NCBI GenBank assembly: GCA_963582805.1
Contig: CAUZTZ010000003.1
Span: forward strand, 1 to 39,172
From: Alphaproteobacteria bacterium
Lineage (GTDB): Bacteria > Pseudomonadota > Alphaproteobacteria > Rhodospirillales > UBA2165
DNA: 39,172 nt
Reading direction: 5' to 3'
A program made the translations under genes and the position numbers. This document shows, piece after piece, positions 38,113 through 39,172 of this stretch. Every line of letters begins with the position of its first letter. Positions within the stretch are counted from its first letter, which is position 1. The notes under the pieces are model-generated. The model saw only the letters and a program-made list of their open reading frames with translations. It did not search any database and was not told where the DNA came from.

Positions 38113-38552
38113 CACGAGCCCAGCCGGTCTGGGGATGGCCGGGTCGGCCAGACCGGCGTCGTACTAGGCACCGGTCCGTGCTCGGAGCACCCTACTGCGC
38201 GAAGAAAAAGGATTCACCACAGAGGCAGTGAGACGGTGAGAAGATACGTGCAACGGGCGAGACGACAAGCACCGGCCGAGGGCGGGGGATGGCATGGTCG
38301 GCCAGCCGGGCGTCGATCTTGGCACCGGTCTGTGATCGGAGCTCCCGCTGCCATCAAGAAGAATTTTTCACCACAGAGACAGTGAGACGGTGAGAAGAAG
38401 AAAGAAAAAGGTTTTTCAACACAGAGGACACAGAGGACACAGAGGACACAGAGGAAGCGTGCCGCGCGCAGCGCAATATTTCCTTCTCTTCTCATTTTCG
38501 TTCTTCTCTGTGATCTCTGTGTTAAATCCCCTTCCTTCTCACCGTCTCAGTG
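38113..38552. repeat. Composite repeat region: diverged 154-bp tandem duplication, 9-bp tandem array and nested inverted repeats
   Basis: TTCACCACAGAG(G/A)CAGTGAGACGGTGAGAAGA at 38213 and 38367; GGGGATGGC..GGTCGGCCAG..GGCACCGGTC at 38131 and 38285; (ACAGAGGAC)x~4 at 38421-38455; reverse complements at 38506-38526 and 38535-38549. Confidence 0.85.
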
Positions 38553-39070
38553 ATAATTCACCTATTCCGTAAAACGTGTAATGCCGCCAATAACTCGTGC
38601 GACATGCTTTTGACCCCCCTTACGGTTATGACTGTTTATGACGGTTTGTTACGCTAATCGGCCCGCCATACCACCCGTGGTATGCCTCTCCCTTATGGAA
38701 CACATGACCGCGACATATTCGCCGAAAACGACCATACCGGTTCACGCGCTTTCCTAACGGTTCCTTACGGAACCTTACGGTTTTTACGCATAGGGCGCAC
38801 AAAGGTAACGGCCACGATCCGAGGGCACGGCCTAGCGTGGGATCAAGTCTGCGTATTCACAATGTCCAAGAGCACGAGCGCTCGCATGCGCTGATACTTA
38901 AGTAGTCTGCTGGAGTTTCGATGCAAGCGGGTGAGGCGAGATAAATTATAATTTAATTAAGTAAACTGTCCCGAAACTCTGAAACTCTTGGACACCGCGA
39001 TGGCGGCGGGACATCTAGAGCTTTTTCATGGTAAACTGCGCCGATTAAAATTGAGGAGGCGCGACACAAA

Positions 39071-39172
39071 TTGAACAAAATATCCGACCACCGGCCGCCG
39101 GTCGCCATCGGTCATGTGCGGCTGCTGGTTAATGACGTAGCGGCGGCCAACAAGTATTTTGAGGAGTTGGGT
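39071..39172 (+). CDS. 5' part of a probable VOC-family protein (runs off the window)
   Basis: GAGGAGG at 39053-39059, then TTG start reading MNKISDHRPPVAIGHVRLLVNDVAAANKYFEELG, a typical VOC beta1-alpha1 segment. Confidence 0.65.
   Translation, partial: MNKISDHRPPVAIGHVRLLVNDVAAANKYFEELG

Noticed and set aside
38213-38398. Two near-identical 32-bp repeats as a CRISPR array
   Set aside because: Only two copies, the ~122-bp intervening sequence is too long and is itself homologous to the preceding unit, and there are no cas genes.
38629-38656. TGACTGTTTATGACGG repeats as a Pho box
   Set aside because: The period is 10 bp rather than the 11 bp of PhoB boxes, and no phosphate-related gene is adjacent.
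38059-38894. Short ORFs in the final intergenic region (e.g. HRGHRGHRG or LCVLCVLCV peptides)
   Set aside because: Their periodicity is just the translation of the 9-bp DNA repeat; no RBS or family features support them.

Overview
GC-rich bacterial chromosomal window, most likely alphaproteobacterial (ubiA/rsmE-gshA arrangement, PleC/DivJ-type kinase, alphaproteobacterial IscU-like protein). The AT-richer left edge carries vsr and a truncated C5 DNA methyltransferase. Next come a PomA/PomB-like stator pair, a VUT-family transporter, a ~290-bp MITE-like inverted-repeat element, and a cluster of oxygenases and flavin enzymes (Rieske oxygenase, FAD monooxygenase, aldo-keto reductase, FMN reductase, three luciferase-like monooxygenases, a LigZ-like extradiol dioxygenase, a GST). 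The middle holds selD, queA-tgt, two pirins, a PAS kinase and a PiT transporter. The right part holds an orphan CoxL-like subunit, vapBC, ubiA, rsmE, gshA and an acyl-CoA catabolic operon, then a ~1-kb repeat-rich intergenic region. The main result missed by the ORF track is two probable selenoprotein genes with in-frame UGA followed by SECIS-like hairpins: SelD (U17, HGGG-U-GCK) and a signal-peptide-bearing thioredoxin-fold protein (W-U-G-V-C), which is divergent from a PiT gene preceded by a perfect FNR box. Family calls come from motif recognition by eye; no searches were run.
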